Assembly (NCBI GenBank): GCA_030390025.1
Contig: CM059439.1
Span: forward strand, 82,522,001-82,586,000
Direction of reading: 5' to 3'
Origin: Squalus acanthias
Lineage: Eukaryota
Length of the DNA: 64,000 nt
The position numbers were made by a program, and so were the translations under genes. Below, piece after piece: positions 23,975 through 35,810 of this stretch (position 1 is the first letter of the stretch; the number at the start of each line of letters is the position of its first letter). The notes under the pieces were generated by a model that worked only from the letters and a program-made list of their open reading frames with translations, was not told the DNA's origin and made no database searches.

Positions 23975-26436
23975 TGGGGAACGGTAGCGTAGTGGTAATG
24001 TCACTGGGCAAGTAATCCTTACTAATGATCCAGAGACGTGAGTTCAAATCCCACCATTTAAATAAATCTGGAATAATATCAGTAATAATCATGAAACTAT
24101 CGGATTGTCGTAAAAACCCATCTGGTTCACTAATGTCCTTTAGGGAAGGAAATCTGCCTTCCTTACCTGGTCTGGCCTATATGTGACTCCAGACCCACAA
24201 CAATGTGGTTGACTCTTAACTCTGAAATGTTACTCAGTTGCAACAAACTGCCACAAAACCGGACGGACCACCTGGCATCGACCCTGGCACCGGCTACGGA
24301 CACGGGAACGGCACACCCAGCCCAGTCAACCCTGCAAAGTCCTCCTCACCAACATCTGGGGACTTGTGCCAAAATTGGGAGAGCTGTCTCAGACTAGTCA
24401 AGCAACAGCCTGACATAGTCATACTCACAGAATCATACCTTTCAGCCAATGTCCCAAACTTCTCCATCACCATCCCACCGGCAGGACGGACCCACCAGGG
24501 GTGGCGGCACAGTGGTATACAGTCGGGAAGGAGTGGCCCTGGGAGTCCGGACCCCATGAAGTCTCATGGCTTCAGGTCAAGCATGGGCAAGGAAACCTCC
24601 TGCTGATTACCACCTACCGCCCTCCCTCAGCTGATGAATCAGTACTCCTCCATGTTGAACACCACTTGGAAGAAGCACAGAGTAGCAAGGGCACAGAATG
24701 TACTCTGGATGGGGGACTTCAATGTCCTCGGTAGCACCACTACTGACCGAGCTGGCCGAGTATTGAAGGACATAACTGCCAGTCTGGGCCTGCGTCAGGT
24801 GGTGAGAGAACCAACACTAGGGAAAAACATACTTGACCTCGTCCTCAATCTACCTGTCGCAGATGCAGGACAGTATTGGTAGCAGTGACCACCGCACAGT
24901 CATTGTGGAGACGAAGTCCCGTCTTCACACTGAGGACATCCTCCATCGTGTTGTGTGGCATTACCACCGTGCTAAATGGGAGAAATTCACAACAGATCTA
25001 GCAGCTCCAAACTGGGCATCCATGAGGCACTGTGGGCCATCAGCAGCAGCATTGTATTCCACCACAATCTGTAACCTCATGGCCTGGCATACCCCTCACT
25101 TTACCATTACCATCAAGCCAGGGGACCAACCCTGGTTCAATAAGGAGTGTAGAATGGATCAGATCAAAGCTCTGCAGTCCTGCCACATCCAGTTGTAAAT
25201 GGTGGTGGACCTTATTACAGCCTTGGTCCAAACATGGACAAAGGAGCTGAATTCCAGAGGTGAGGTGAGAGTGACTGCCCTTGACATCAAGGCAGCATTT
25301 GACCGAGTGTGGCATCAAGGAGCCCTAGTAAAACTGAAGTCAATGGGAATCGGGGGGGAAAACACTCTGCTGGCTGGAGCCATACCTAGCACAAAGAAAG
25401 ATGGCTGTGGTGGTTGAAGGTCAATCATCACAGCCCCAGGACATCGCTGCAGGAGTTCTTCAGGGGAGTGTCCTAGGCCCAACCATCTTCAGCTGCTTCA
25501 TCAATGACCTTACCTCCAACATAAGGTCAGAAATGGGGGTGTTTGCTGATGACTGCACAGTGTTCAGCACCATTCACAACTCCTCAGATAATGACGTAGT
25601 CCCTGCCCGCATGCAACAGACCTGGACGACGTTCAGGCTTGGGCTGATAAGTGGCAGGTAACATTCGCGCCACAGAAGTGCCAGGCAATGACTATCTCCA
25701 ACAAGCGAGAGTCTAACCACCTCCCCATGACATTCAATAGTATTACAATCGCCGAATCCCCCACCATCAACATCCTGGGGGTCACCATTGACCAGAAACT
25801 TAACTGGACCAACCACAAACACTGTGGCAACAAGAGCAGGTCAGAGGCTGGGTATTCTGCGGCGAGTGTCTCACCTCCTGATTCCCCAAAGCCTTTCCAG
25901 CATCTACAAGGCACAAGTAAGGAGTGTGATGGAATATTCTCCACTTGCCTGGATGAGTGCAGCTCCAACAACACTCAAGAAGCTCAACACCATCCAGGTT
26001 GATTGGCACCCCATTCACCACCTTAAACAAACATTCACTCTCTTCTCCACCACCGGCGCACCGTGGCTGCAGTGTGCACCATCTACAAGATGCACTGCAG
26101 CAACTCGCCAAGGCTTCTTTGGCAGCACCTCCCAAACCCGGACTTCTTCCGCCTAGAAGAACCAGGGCAGCAGGCACATGGAAACACCACCACATCCAAG
26201 TTCCCCTCCAAGTCACACATCATCCTGACTTAGAAGTATATCGCCAATCCTTCATCGTCGCTGGGTCAAAATCCTGGAACTCCCTACCTAACAGCACTGT
26301 GGGGGCACCTTCACCACACGGACTGCAGCGGTTCAAGAAGGTGGCTCACCGCCAACTTCTCAAGGGCAATTAGGGATGGGCAATAAATTCTGGCCTTGCC
26401 AGCGACGCCCACATCCCATAAACGAATAAAAAAAAA
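23975..26436 (+). mobile_element. CR1-clade (Zenon-like) LINE with tRNA-like 5' head and internal deletions
   Basis: A box TAGCGTAGTGG and B box GAGTTCAAATCCC at the 5' end. APE motifs DIVILTESYL, YRPP, GDFNV, SDH; RT motifs LDIKAAFDRVWH, QGSVLGP, FADD; A-rich 3' end matching 5808. Confidence 0.85.
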
Positions 26437-27712
26437 CCTGCCTCTCCTTTACTCCCCCATTAAAATAGCTCTCATGTTCCCTCGACAGCCTGGCAGTGAA
26501 GGCACCAACTTATGTGGTACTGTACTAAGGTGCACAGATCACAAGGCACCAGGTTTGATCCCTGGTCTGTTATGACCTAAATGGCAGTGACAGATGAGGG
26601 TGTGCATGGCAGAGAAGAGGAGGGGTAAGGGAGAAAAAAATGGTAGCAATGAAGGGGGAGGTCCTAGCTTCAGTTCGGTCCTTCAACAAGAGGGGAAAAA
26701 TGGGGTGCAATAAATTAGAAAATCCCTCAAACTAGCTCATCTATGACCTGCTTCCAACCCGCTTTAATGAGCCACTATTTAATGATTAATATGCCCCAAG
26801 TTGACTCATGATCCAATATTGCTTTGTTCCAGAGAGAGAGAGAGAGAGAGACACAGAGAAAGACAAAGAGAGGCACAGGGAGATGGGGAGACACAGTTCG
26901 GGACAAACGGTCAAACTAAAGAAAAGTGAAGATGACAGCAAAAAAAGTTAAAATGTTCTAGAGAGAAAAAAAAATATTTCCACACATAGTACTTTGCGCC
27001 TTGATTTGCTTGGTAGTTTTCCTGTAAGTATACTCTGGGTCAAAATATTATTTTACATGGTTTCTTCTTTGACTTTCTCATCTGTGCACACAGTGGAAAG
27101 CAGCAAAAAAAAATTACAGGGGCAGAAAATTGCAAGTCTAATCCTAATTTAGTTATCGTATTTAAATTAAATTTCCCATTACACAGGAATTATAGTGTTG
27201 CTGGAGCTGCTCTCACTGGACACTTAATCATTCTGGTAAACCAGGCATAATAATTATTGGATCCCACGACATTCAGGGCTATTAAGTGAAATCACTACTC
27301 TCCCACCCACCACTAACAGAGACAGAGCCCATGGACCCTTTCACAGCTGAATATTTTGTTTTTAAACCAATTGAAAGGTCCCACTTTCCTTGGCCTGCAT
27401 TACAACATACACCTTCCATCAAGAATATATCAACATTATATGACCCATCTATTGATTTACTGGAATGTGAAATCATATCTCAGCCACTACCCTGGGCCCA
27501 AAGTGGGACTGCTTACTAATTCATAAGTCTTCTATTATTGATGAGAAAAATGATGTCATGTAAAATGTATTACAATTACAGGTGGCTCCAGATTGAGAAA
27601 AATCACTGATTGGGCACCCATTAATAAAAGTGGACATTGTGACATCATAGCTAAATGAGAAATAACTGAAGATGCAGCAAAAATGAAGAAATAAAGACGT
27701 GCATTTATAGAA

Positions 27713-27843
27713 GAACATAAGAATTAGGAGCAGGAGTAATCCATATGGCCCTGCAAGCCTGCTCCGCCATTCAATAAGATCATGGTTGATCTTCGACTGC
27801 AACTCTACTTTCCCCCCGCCGATCCCCTTATCGCTTGATTCTG
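27713..27843 (-). mobile_element. CR1 3'-end fragment inserted near the tail of a DeuSINE
   Basis: AAGAACATAAGAATTAGGAGCAGGAGTA...GCCTGCTCCGCCATTCAAT is the reverse complement of a CR1-type 3' end. Confidence 0.7.
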
Positions 27844-27844
27844 C

Positions 27845-28392
27845 TAGCGCCTTTCATGACCGCAGGACATCCTAAACCGTTTACAGCTAATTAAGTACTT
27901 TTTATGTGTAGTCACTGTTGTAATGTACGAAACTCAGCCAATTTGCACACGAGGTCCCAGAAATAGCAATGTGATAAATGACCAGATAATCTGTTTCAGT
28001 GATGTTGGTTGAGAATAAATGTTCGTCAGGACCAATGTTCCCTGTCATTTTTTTTGGTGCGCGGGCCCTTTAACTGGCTGCACGGCCCATTCAATTTTTT
28101 GTGCGTGCACGGTTATTTACATTGAAAAGCCCGTGAGCAGCCTGCGCGGGACCTCCAGATGGCTTAGCGGGAACGTTGGTCAGGACACTAGGGAGAACTC
28201 CCCTGCTCTTCTTCGAATAGTGCCATGAGATCTTTAAATCTATCTGAAAGGCAGCACCTCAGACAGTGCAGCAATCCCTCAGTGCTGCATTGAAGTGTCA
28301 GTTTTTGTGCTCAAGTCTCTTGAGTGGGATTTGAACCCACAACCTTCTGATTCAGAGGCGAGAATGCTACCACTGAGCCACAGCTGACACAA
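27845..28392 (-). mobile_element. DeuSINE (SacSINE1-like) copy, interrupted by a MITE
   Basis: Reverse complement of 4202-4645 (CCACTGAGCCACAGCTGACAC head; CTCCCCTGCTCTTCTTCGAATAGTGCCATG core). Confidence 0.8.
28033..28178. mobile_element. hAT-type MITE, same family as 15865-16027
   Basis: Termini CAATGTTCCC/GGGAACGTTG; TSD GTCAGGAC at 28025-28032 and 28179-28186; shared internal GGCCCTTTAA..GGCTG..CGGCCCA. Confidence 0.87.
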
Positions 28393-28727
28393 AATAGGAA
28401 CACAAAAGGACAATATTGGAATTTCTAAAAAAGTCAATCCACAACAAACTTGACGCCTGTTTGTTGAGATAGTCTGGTAGAAATGGAATAGTCCCATTTA
28501 CTAAATTGCCTCTGTCAACCAAACACCATGAGTATGGACTTTTAGCAGTATACTGTACTGGGAGGCATTGATGCCCATGAACATTGCAGTTTGTAAGCAT
28601 TAATTCCCATTATTCTAACACCCTCTGTATATTGACTTTAAATAATCCTGTGAACTCTGTAAAAAGAAGTCTTTTCTTCCTCTAGTGCTACCAATGCAAA
28701 ATGTTGGGGCAATCAAATGTGACTTGA

Positions 28728-30012
28728 TTTAAAAACAGAAAATGCTGGAAACTCGCAACAGGTCAGGCAGTATCTGTGGAGAGAGAAACAGAGTTTCAGG
28801 TCGATGACCTTTCGTTAGAACTGGATAAAGTTAGAGATGCAACGGATTTTAAGCAAGTGCAGGGGAAGGGAAAGGGGGAGGGGAGGAAAGAACAAAAGGG
28901 AAGGTCTGTGATAGGATGGAAGGCAGGAGAGATTAAATACAAAAGGGATGATGGTGGAAGGAAAAAAGGAGATAGTAATGGGACAAGTAAAGAAACAAAA
29001 GATGACTCTTGAAGAGGTGTAAATGGGAATGGCAGAATCATCAACAGCTGCCACGTGAAAAAATTGGGGCAGAAGTTATGGTCTGAAATTATTGAACTCT
29101 ATGTTGAGTCCAGAAGGCTGTAATGTGCCTAATCAAATGACGAGGTGTTGTTCCTCGAGCTTACGTTGAGCTTCGTTGGAAAAGTGTAAGAGGCCGAGGA
29201 CGCAGAGGTCAGAGTGCGAGTGGAGCGTGAAGATGTGTTTGGTGGTGGGATCATGCTGGAGGTGGTGGAGGATGATCCATTGAATGTGGAAGCTGGTGGG
29301 GTGAAAAAGGAGGACAAGGGGAACCCGATCGTGGTTCTGAGAGGGAGAGGAAGGGGTGAGAGCTTAAGTGCGGGAAACAGAACGGATACAGTCGAGGGCC
29401 GTGTCAACCATGGTGGAGGGAATCCTCGATTGAGGAAAAAGGAAGACATATCGGAAGCACTAGTATGGTAGGTGGTATCGTCAGAGCAGATGCGACAGAG
29501 ACAGAGAAACTGGGAGAATGTAAGAGTCCTTACAGGAAGAGGGGTGAGAGGAAGTGTAGTCCAGGTAGCTGTGGGAGTCAGTGGGCTTATATTGGATGTT
29601 TGTTGATAGCCTATCCCCAGAAATGGAGACAGAGAAGTCGAGGAAGGGAAGAGTCGGAGATGGACCATGTGAAGGTAAGGGAAGGGTGGAAATTGGAAGC
29701 AAAGTGAATGAAATTTTCGAGTTCAGGGGGAGAGCAGGAAACGGCACCCATACAGTCATCAATGTACCGGAAAAAGAGGTGAGGGAGGGGACCTGAGTAG
29801 GACTGGAACAAAGAATGTTCCACATATCCCACAAAAAGGCAGGCATAGCTAGGACCCATGCAGGTTCCCCTAGCAACACCTTTAATTTGGAGGAAGTGAG
29901 TGGAGTCAAAGGAGTTATTGTTCAATGTGAGAATAATTTCAGCCAGGCGGAGGAGGGTGGTGGAGGATGGGGATTGGTTGGGCCTCTGTTCAAGGAAGAA
30001 GCGGAGCGCCCT
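28728..30012 (-). mobile_element. Penelope-like element fragment (RT C-terminal part, internal deletion, pLTR)
   Basis: KGVA.GT.MGPSYACLF and FRYIDD motifs (PLE RT); pLTR-like terminus at 28728-28830. Confidence 0.88.
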
Positions 30013-30067
30013 GATGACCCTTAAGCTGTAATGTAGTATTATGAAATACCATGAGCCACAAGAGGGA

Positions 30068-30290
30068 GAACAACAACTTGCATTTATATAGCTTCACAGG
30101 AGCGTTACCAGACAAAATTTGACACTGAGCCATAAGGTGATATTAGGGCAGATGGTCAAAGAGGTAGGTTTTAAGAAGCATCTTAAAGGAGAAATGAGCG
30201 GTAGAGAGGCGGAGAGGTTTAAGGAGGAAATTCCAGAGCGTATGGCCCAGGCAGCTGAAAGCACGACTGCCAATGGTGGAACAGAAAAGA
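30068..30290 (-). mobile_element. L2 3' fragment
   Basis: CAACAACTTGCATTTATATAGC..; homologous to 34966-35220. Confidence 0.75.
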
Positions 30291-30309
30291 AGGCCTCCAA
30301 GCTTTTTTT

Positions 30310-30990
30310 TCCATTCATTTTTTTTTCTCTCTCCCACATGGCAGCTGTCTTTCATTCTGCCACTGTCATTTACACTTCATCTAGAGCCATCTTTTGTTTC
30401 TTAACTTGTCCCATTACCATCTCCTTTTGCCTTGCACCATCTCTTAATCTCTCCTGCCTTCCATCCTATCACAGACCTTCCCTTTTGTTCTTTATCCCCT
30501 CCCCCCACCCCTGCACCTGCTTAAAAACCTGTTCTATCTCCAGCTTTTTCCAGTTTTGACGAAGGGTCATCGACCTGAAATGTTAACTCTGTTTCTCTCT
30601 CCACAGATGCTGCCTGACCTGCTGAGTATTTCCAGCATTTTGTTTTTATTTCAGATTTCCAGCATCCGCAGTATTTTGCTTTTGTACTTTTATTAGGGAA
30701 ATTTGATTTTGCATATATGTGCGCACTTTTAATCATACCGTTTACACCTCCTCTAGACCCATCTTTTGTTTCTTTATTTGTCCCATTAACACCCCTTTTG
30801 CCTTGCACCATTATCCCTTTTGTCAGTTAATCACTCCTGCCTTCTATCCTGTCACAGACCTTCCCTTTTGTTCTTTCCTCCCCATCTCCGCCAACCCCCA
30901 ACTTCTTGCCCTGCCTCTATACTTGCTTAAAAACGGTTAAATTTCTAACTTCTCCCAGCTCTAATGAAAAGTCAGCGACCTGAAATGTTA
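30310..30990 (+). mobile_element. Two tandem Penelope 3'UTR/pLTR pieces in the opposite orientation
   Basis: 30310-30690 and 30720-30990 are reverse complements of 28730-29070 and 30993-31250. They carry degenerate hammerhead cores (TTGACGA..GAAATGTT). Confidence 0.8.
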
Positions 30991-30992
30991 CG

Positions 30993-32885
30993 ATAGCAAA
31001 ATACTGCGGACGCTGGAAATCCGAAATAACAACAGAAAACGCTGCAAAAACTCAGCAGGCCAGGCAGCATCTGTGGAGAGAGAAACAGAGTTAACGTTTC
31101 AGGTCGAAGACCTTTCGTCAGAACTGGAAAAAAGCAGGAAATTAAATAGATTTGAAGCAAGTATAATGCTGGGAAAAGGGGGAGGGGATGAAAGAACAAA
31201 AGGGAAGGTCAGTGGTAGGCTAGAAAGCAGGAGAGATTAAGAGACATTAAGAGATATTCATGGCAAGAGGAGGTGGTAATGTGACAGGCTGAGGCTAGAT
31301 GAAGTGTGAAATGCGCTGGCAGAATGAAGGACAGCTGCCAGCTTCAGGGAGGGAAGAAAAAAAGGCCAAACAAAAGGGTGAATGAAAAAATAAAATAAAA
31401 ATATATATATATGTGATAGGGGCCGGGGTTATGATCTGAAATTGTTGAACTCTATGTTGAGTCCAGAAGGCTGTAAAGTGCCTAAACGAAAGATGAGGTG
31501 CTGTTCCTCGAGCTTACGCTGAGCTTCCGTGGAACAATGCAAGAGGCCGAGGACTGTGAGGTCAGAGTGGGAGTGGAGCGGAGAATTAAAGTGACAGGCC
31601 ACCGGGAGCTCGGGGTCCCCCTTACGGACTGAACGGAGGTGTTCCGCAAAGCGGTGACCCAATCTGCGTTTGGTCTCCCCAATGTAGAGACGACCACATC
31701 GTGAGCTGCGAATACAGTATACTAAATGACAGGAAGTACAAGTAAATCGCTGTTTCACCTTGAAGGGGTGTTTGGGGCCCTGGACAGTGGGAAGGGGGGA
31801 GGTATAAGGGCATGTGTTGTATCTCCTGCGCTTGCACGGGAAGGTGCCGGGCAAGGGGGAAGGGGTGCTGGGGGTGGTAGAGGAGTGGACTAGGGTGTCA
31901 TGGAGGGAGCGGTCCCTGCGGAATGCTGAAAGGGGAGGCGAGGGGAAGATGCGTTTGGTGGTGGGATCACGCTGGAGGTGGCAGAAATGGCAGAGGATGA
32001 TCCGTTGAATGTGGAGGCTGGTGAGGTGAAAGGTGAGGACAAGGGGAACTCTATCGTGGTTCCGGGAGGGAGGGACAGGGGTGAGGGCAGAAGTGCGGGA
32101 GATAGAACGGACACAGTCGAGGGCCGAGTCAACCACAGTAGAGGGGAATCCTCGGTTGAGGAAAAAGGAAGACATGTCGGAAGCACTAGTAAGGAAGGTG
32201 GCATCGTCAGAGCAGATGCGGCGGAGACAGAGAAACTGGGAGAATAGAATAGAGTCCTTACAGGAGGCGGGGTGGGAGGAAGTGTAGTCCAGGTAGCTGT
32301 GGGAGTCAGTGGGCTTGTAGTGAATGTTAGGTCAATAACCTATCCCCAGAAATGGAGACGGAGAAGTCGAGGAAGGGAAGGGAAGAGTCGGAGATGGACC
32401 ATGTGAAGGTGAGGGAAGGGTGGAAATTGGAAGCATAGTGAATGAAATTTTCTAGTTCAGGGCGAGAGCAGGAGACGGCACCGATACAGTCATCAATGTA
32501 CCGGAAAAAGAGATGAGGGAGGGGACCTGAGTAGGACTGGAACAAAGAGTGTTCCACATATCCCACGAAAAGGCAGGCATAGCTAGGACCCATGCGGGTA
32601 CCAATAGCAACACCTTTGATTTGGAGGAAATGAGTGGAGTCAAAGGAGAAGTTGTTCAATGTGAGAACAAGTTCAGCCAGGCGGAGGAGAGTGGTGGTGG
32701 ATGGGGACTGGTTGGGCCTCTGTTCAAGGAAGAAGCGGAGCGCCCTCAGGCCATCCTGGTGGGGGATGGAGGTGTAGAGAGATTGTACCTGTTTCTCTCT
32801 CCATAGATACTGCCTGACCTGCTGAGCATTTACAACATTTTCTGTTTTTATTACAGATTTCCAGCATCCGCAGTATTTTGTTTTG
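30993..32885 (-). mobile_element. Penelope-like element: RT C-terminus + GIY-YIG endonuclease, with an inverted pLTR piece at the truncated 5' end
   Basis: ORF 32327-32659 has GT.MGPSYA and RYIDD. ORF 31429-32175 has LVYCI..C..LYIGET.R.L..RF.EH and GLN (GIY-YIG). pLTR at 30993-31130; inverted pLTR segment at ~32788-32885. Confidence 0.92.
31089..31125 (-). ncRNA. Minimal hammerhead ribozyme motif in Penelope pLTR
   Basis: Reverse complement reads AGTT-CTGACGA-A-AGGTC(TTC)GACCT-GAAA-CGTT-AACT. Confidence 0.78.
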
Positions 32886-32973
32886 TTTATTCATACCATC
32901 TCAGTCAAAGAGTCCAGGTAGCAGCCAAGAATAACCTGCTCGATCACCTTTGAGCCACACCCCCACAGCACAG

Positions 32974-33413
32974 GGAATCAGTGGATTAGCGAAAATAACA
33001 CACTAAGTGACATATCACTGTTTGTGGTTTGAGCTGTTTGTGTCAGCTCAGCTATGGTTGAAGAGAAAGAATACAAAAACAAATGAGACATTTTGCACGA
33101 GGCACTGTCTTCACAAGAGGGGAGAAAATTGACCACAGAAGTAAATAATTCCTACTGCACATTTACTGAGGGTTTAGTGGCGTGCGTGGCTATGTGAACA
33201 TTTTCTGAGTGTGCAAAATATTCCTCCAAAGCCACACTCCACTCACTCAGTGTTTAATGATCGACTTCAGCAGGGAGTTACGCGCGGAATACATGACAAG
33301 GAATCAGTGGATTACCATAAAATAACGCACCAAGTGACATCACACTGTTTGTGGTTTGAGCAGTTTGTGTCAGCTTAGCTTTGTTGAAAAGAAAGAAAAC
33401 AAGACATTTTGCA
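32974..33413 (+). repeat. Diverged ~120-bp direct repeat (32974-33097 and 33300-33413)
   Basis: Both copies read GGAATCAGTGGATTA..AAAATAAC.CAC.AAGTGACAT..CACTGTTTGTGGTTTGAGC.GTTTGTGTCAGCT.AGCT...AGACATTTTGCA. Confidence 0.85.
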
Positions 33414-33423
33414 TCAAATCCTA

Positions 33424-33439
33424 GCCACCAGAGGGAGCT
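33424..33439 (+). promoter_or_regulatory. Putative CTCF site
   Basis: GCCACCAGAGGGAGCT is close to the CTCF core CCACCAGRGGGCGC. Motif match only. Confidence 0.4.
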
Positions 33440-33554
33440 TCACACCACCAAAGATGGGGACACGTTTCTCTCTACTGCGAGCACACAACCTGTTGAGCAG
33501 TAAGAGACTCAAATGTGTCTAGATGGTCCTGCGGTCCCAGTTAAGGATGACCAT

Positions 33555-34245
33555 TACATAGGCTTATATCAGATATATGGCACAGAAACAGACCATTCGG
33601 CCCAACCAGTCCATGTCGGCGTTTATGCTCCACTTGAGCCTCCTCCAGTCTTTCCTCATCTAAATCTATCAACATAACCCTCTAATCCCTTCTCCCTCAT
33701 TTGCTTGTCGAACCTCCCCTTAAATGCATCGATACTATTCGCTTCAACCACTCCCTGTGGTAGCGAGTTCCATATTCTCACCACTCTTGAAGTTTCTTCT
33801 GAATTCCCTGTTGGATTTCTTGGTGACTATCTTATATTGATGGCCTCTAGTTATGCTCTTCCCCACAAGTGGAAACATTCTCTCTGTATCCACTCTATCA
33901 AAACCTTTCATAATTTTGAAGACCTCCATTAGGTCACCCCTCAACCTTCTTTTTTCAAGAGAAGAGAGACCCAGCCTGTTCATCCTTTCCAGATTTCCTT
34001 TCCTCACATTTCTGGTATCATCCTTGTAAATCTTCTCTGCAACCTCTCCAGTGCCTCTATATCCTTTTTATAATATGGCGACCAGAACGGTACGCAGTAC
34101 TCCAAGTGTGATCTAACCAAGGTTTGATACAGGTTTAGCATAACTTCCCTACTTTTCAATTCTATACCTCTAGAAATAAACCCTAGTGCTTGGTTGGCTT
34201 TTTTTTATGGCCTTGCTAACCTGCGTCGCAAATTTTAGTGATTTC
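33555..34245 (-). mobile_element. CR1 LINE 3' fragment
   Basis: ORF 33744-34007 (LEKRRLRGDLMEVFK, TRGHQYK). Confidence 0.85.
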
Positions 34246-34965
34246 TTTGTTTACCAACAAACAAATCTGCAAAGTGAGAAGGAAAATAATTTTTTAAAAA
34301 GGAAAATATATTTTGAATAAAGCTGTCTGGCTCATGAGAAAGTGAGTGGAATGGAGGGAATTAAATTTGTACTCCACCCCGCCAACTACACAGCGCTACA
34401 CCTTCATATTCCAGTGCTCAGCATCAACTGTAATTGGCACCGAGATATGACCTGGACTTATTTAGAAACAAGAAATGACAGTTTGTCTGTGCAGTTAAAA
34501 AGCTCAAATTGTTCACATGCATCATTGATTTGAGAAAACTTTCTAAAACCATCGAGAAATCATCAGCTAGCTCCCCCAATGCTCACTGCTCAACGTGGAA
34601 CTGAAAAGTTTCAGCAAACTGTCTACACACACATACTAGTGACGGCACTGCAAAAAGGAATTAATCGGCAGAGAGGAGCTTTAGTAAATTCTGGGAGATG
34701 TGATAAAGGCTGCAAGTAAATCCAAGTTCTTTCTTTTCCTTTAATATTGAGTATTTAAGTGTGTAGATTTCGATGGTTGTCGAGAGTCTCTAGTGCTGCT
34801 GAGCGGTTCATGTTGACAGCATGGTGCTACTGGTTATGTGGTCAGAACAGAAACATCAGATCTCAAAGCCTAAAACAGAAATCGACAACAGCAGTTCCCT
34901 GCAAATTACACCTGTAGTCGCTCAAGCCAGCCCCGCTCCCAACCACCAACGCCCCCCACACACAC

Positions 34966-35810
34966 AACCAACAACTTGCATTCATATAGCGCCTTTAACT
35001 TAGTAAAACATCCCAAGGTACTTCACAGGAGCGTCATCAAAAAAATGACAAGGAGCCACATAAGGCGATAATAGGACAGGTGCTTGGTCAAAGTGGTAGG
35101 TTTTAAGGAGTGTCTTACAGGAGGTGTGAGGTAGAGAGGCGGGGGGGGGTTTAGGGAGAGAATTCCATAGCTTAGGGCCTAGGCAGCTGAAGGCATGGCT
35201 GTCATTGGTGGAGCGATGAAAATTGGGGATGCGCAAGAGAACAAAATTGGAGGAGCACAGAGATCTCGGAGAGTTGTAGGGCTGGAGGAGGTGACAGAAA
35301 TAGGGAGGGGGCGAGGCCATGGAGGGATTTCAAAAAAAGGCTTAGCATTTTAACATTGTGTTGCTTAACCGGGAGCCAATGTAGGTCAGTGAGCACAGGG
35401 GTGATGGGTGAACGGGACTTGGTGCGTGCTAGGATACGGGTAGCAGAGTTTTGGATGAACTCAAGGTAACAAAGGGTGCAAGGTGGGAGGCCAGCCAGGA
35501 GAGCGTTGGATTAGTCAAGTCTAGTGGTAACAGGCATGGATGAGGGTTTCAGCAGCAGATGAGCTGAGGCAGGGATGGAGACAGGCGATATTACCGAAGT
35601 GTAAGTCGGCAGCAGTCTTTGTGATGAAGAGGATATGGGGTCGGAAGCTCAGCTCAGGTTCAAATAGGATGCCAAGGTTGCGAACGGTCTGGTTCAGCTT
35701 CAGACCGTGGCCAGGAAGAGGGATGGAGTTGGTGGCTAGGGAACGCAGTTTGTGGTGAGGACCGAAGACAATGGTCTTCCCAATATTTAATTGGAGGAAA
35801 TTTCTGCTGA
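34966..35810 (-). mobile_element. L2 LINE 3' fragment
   Basis: LTDLHWLPV and GPKLWNSLP motifs; L2 3' end at ~34966; homologous to 21590-22430. Confidence 0.87.
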
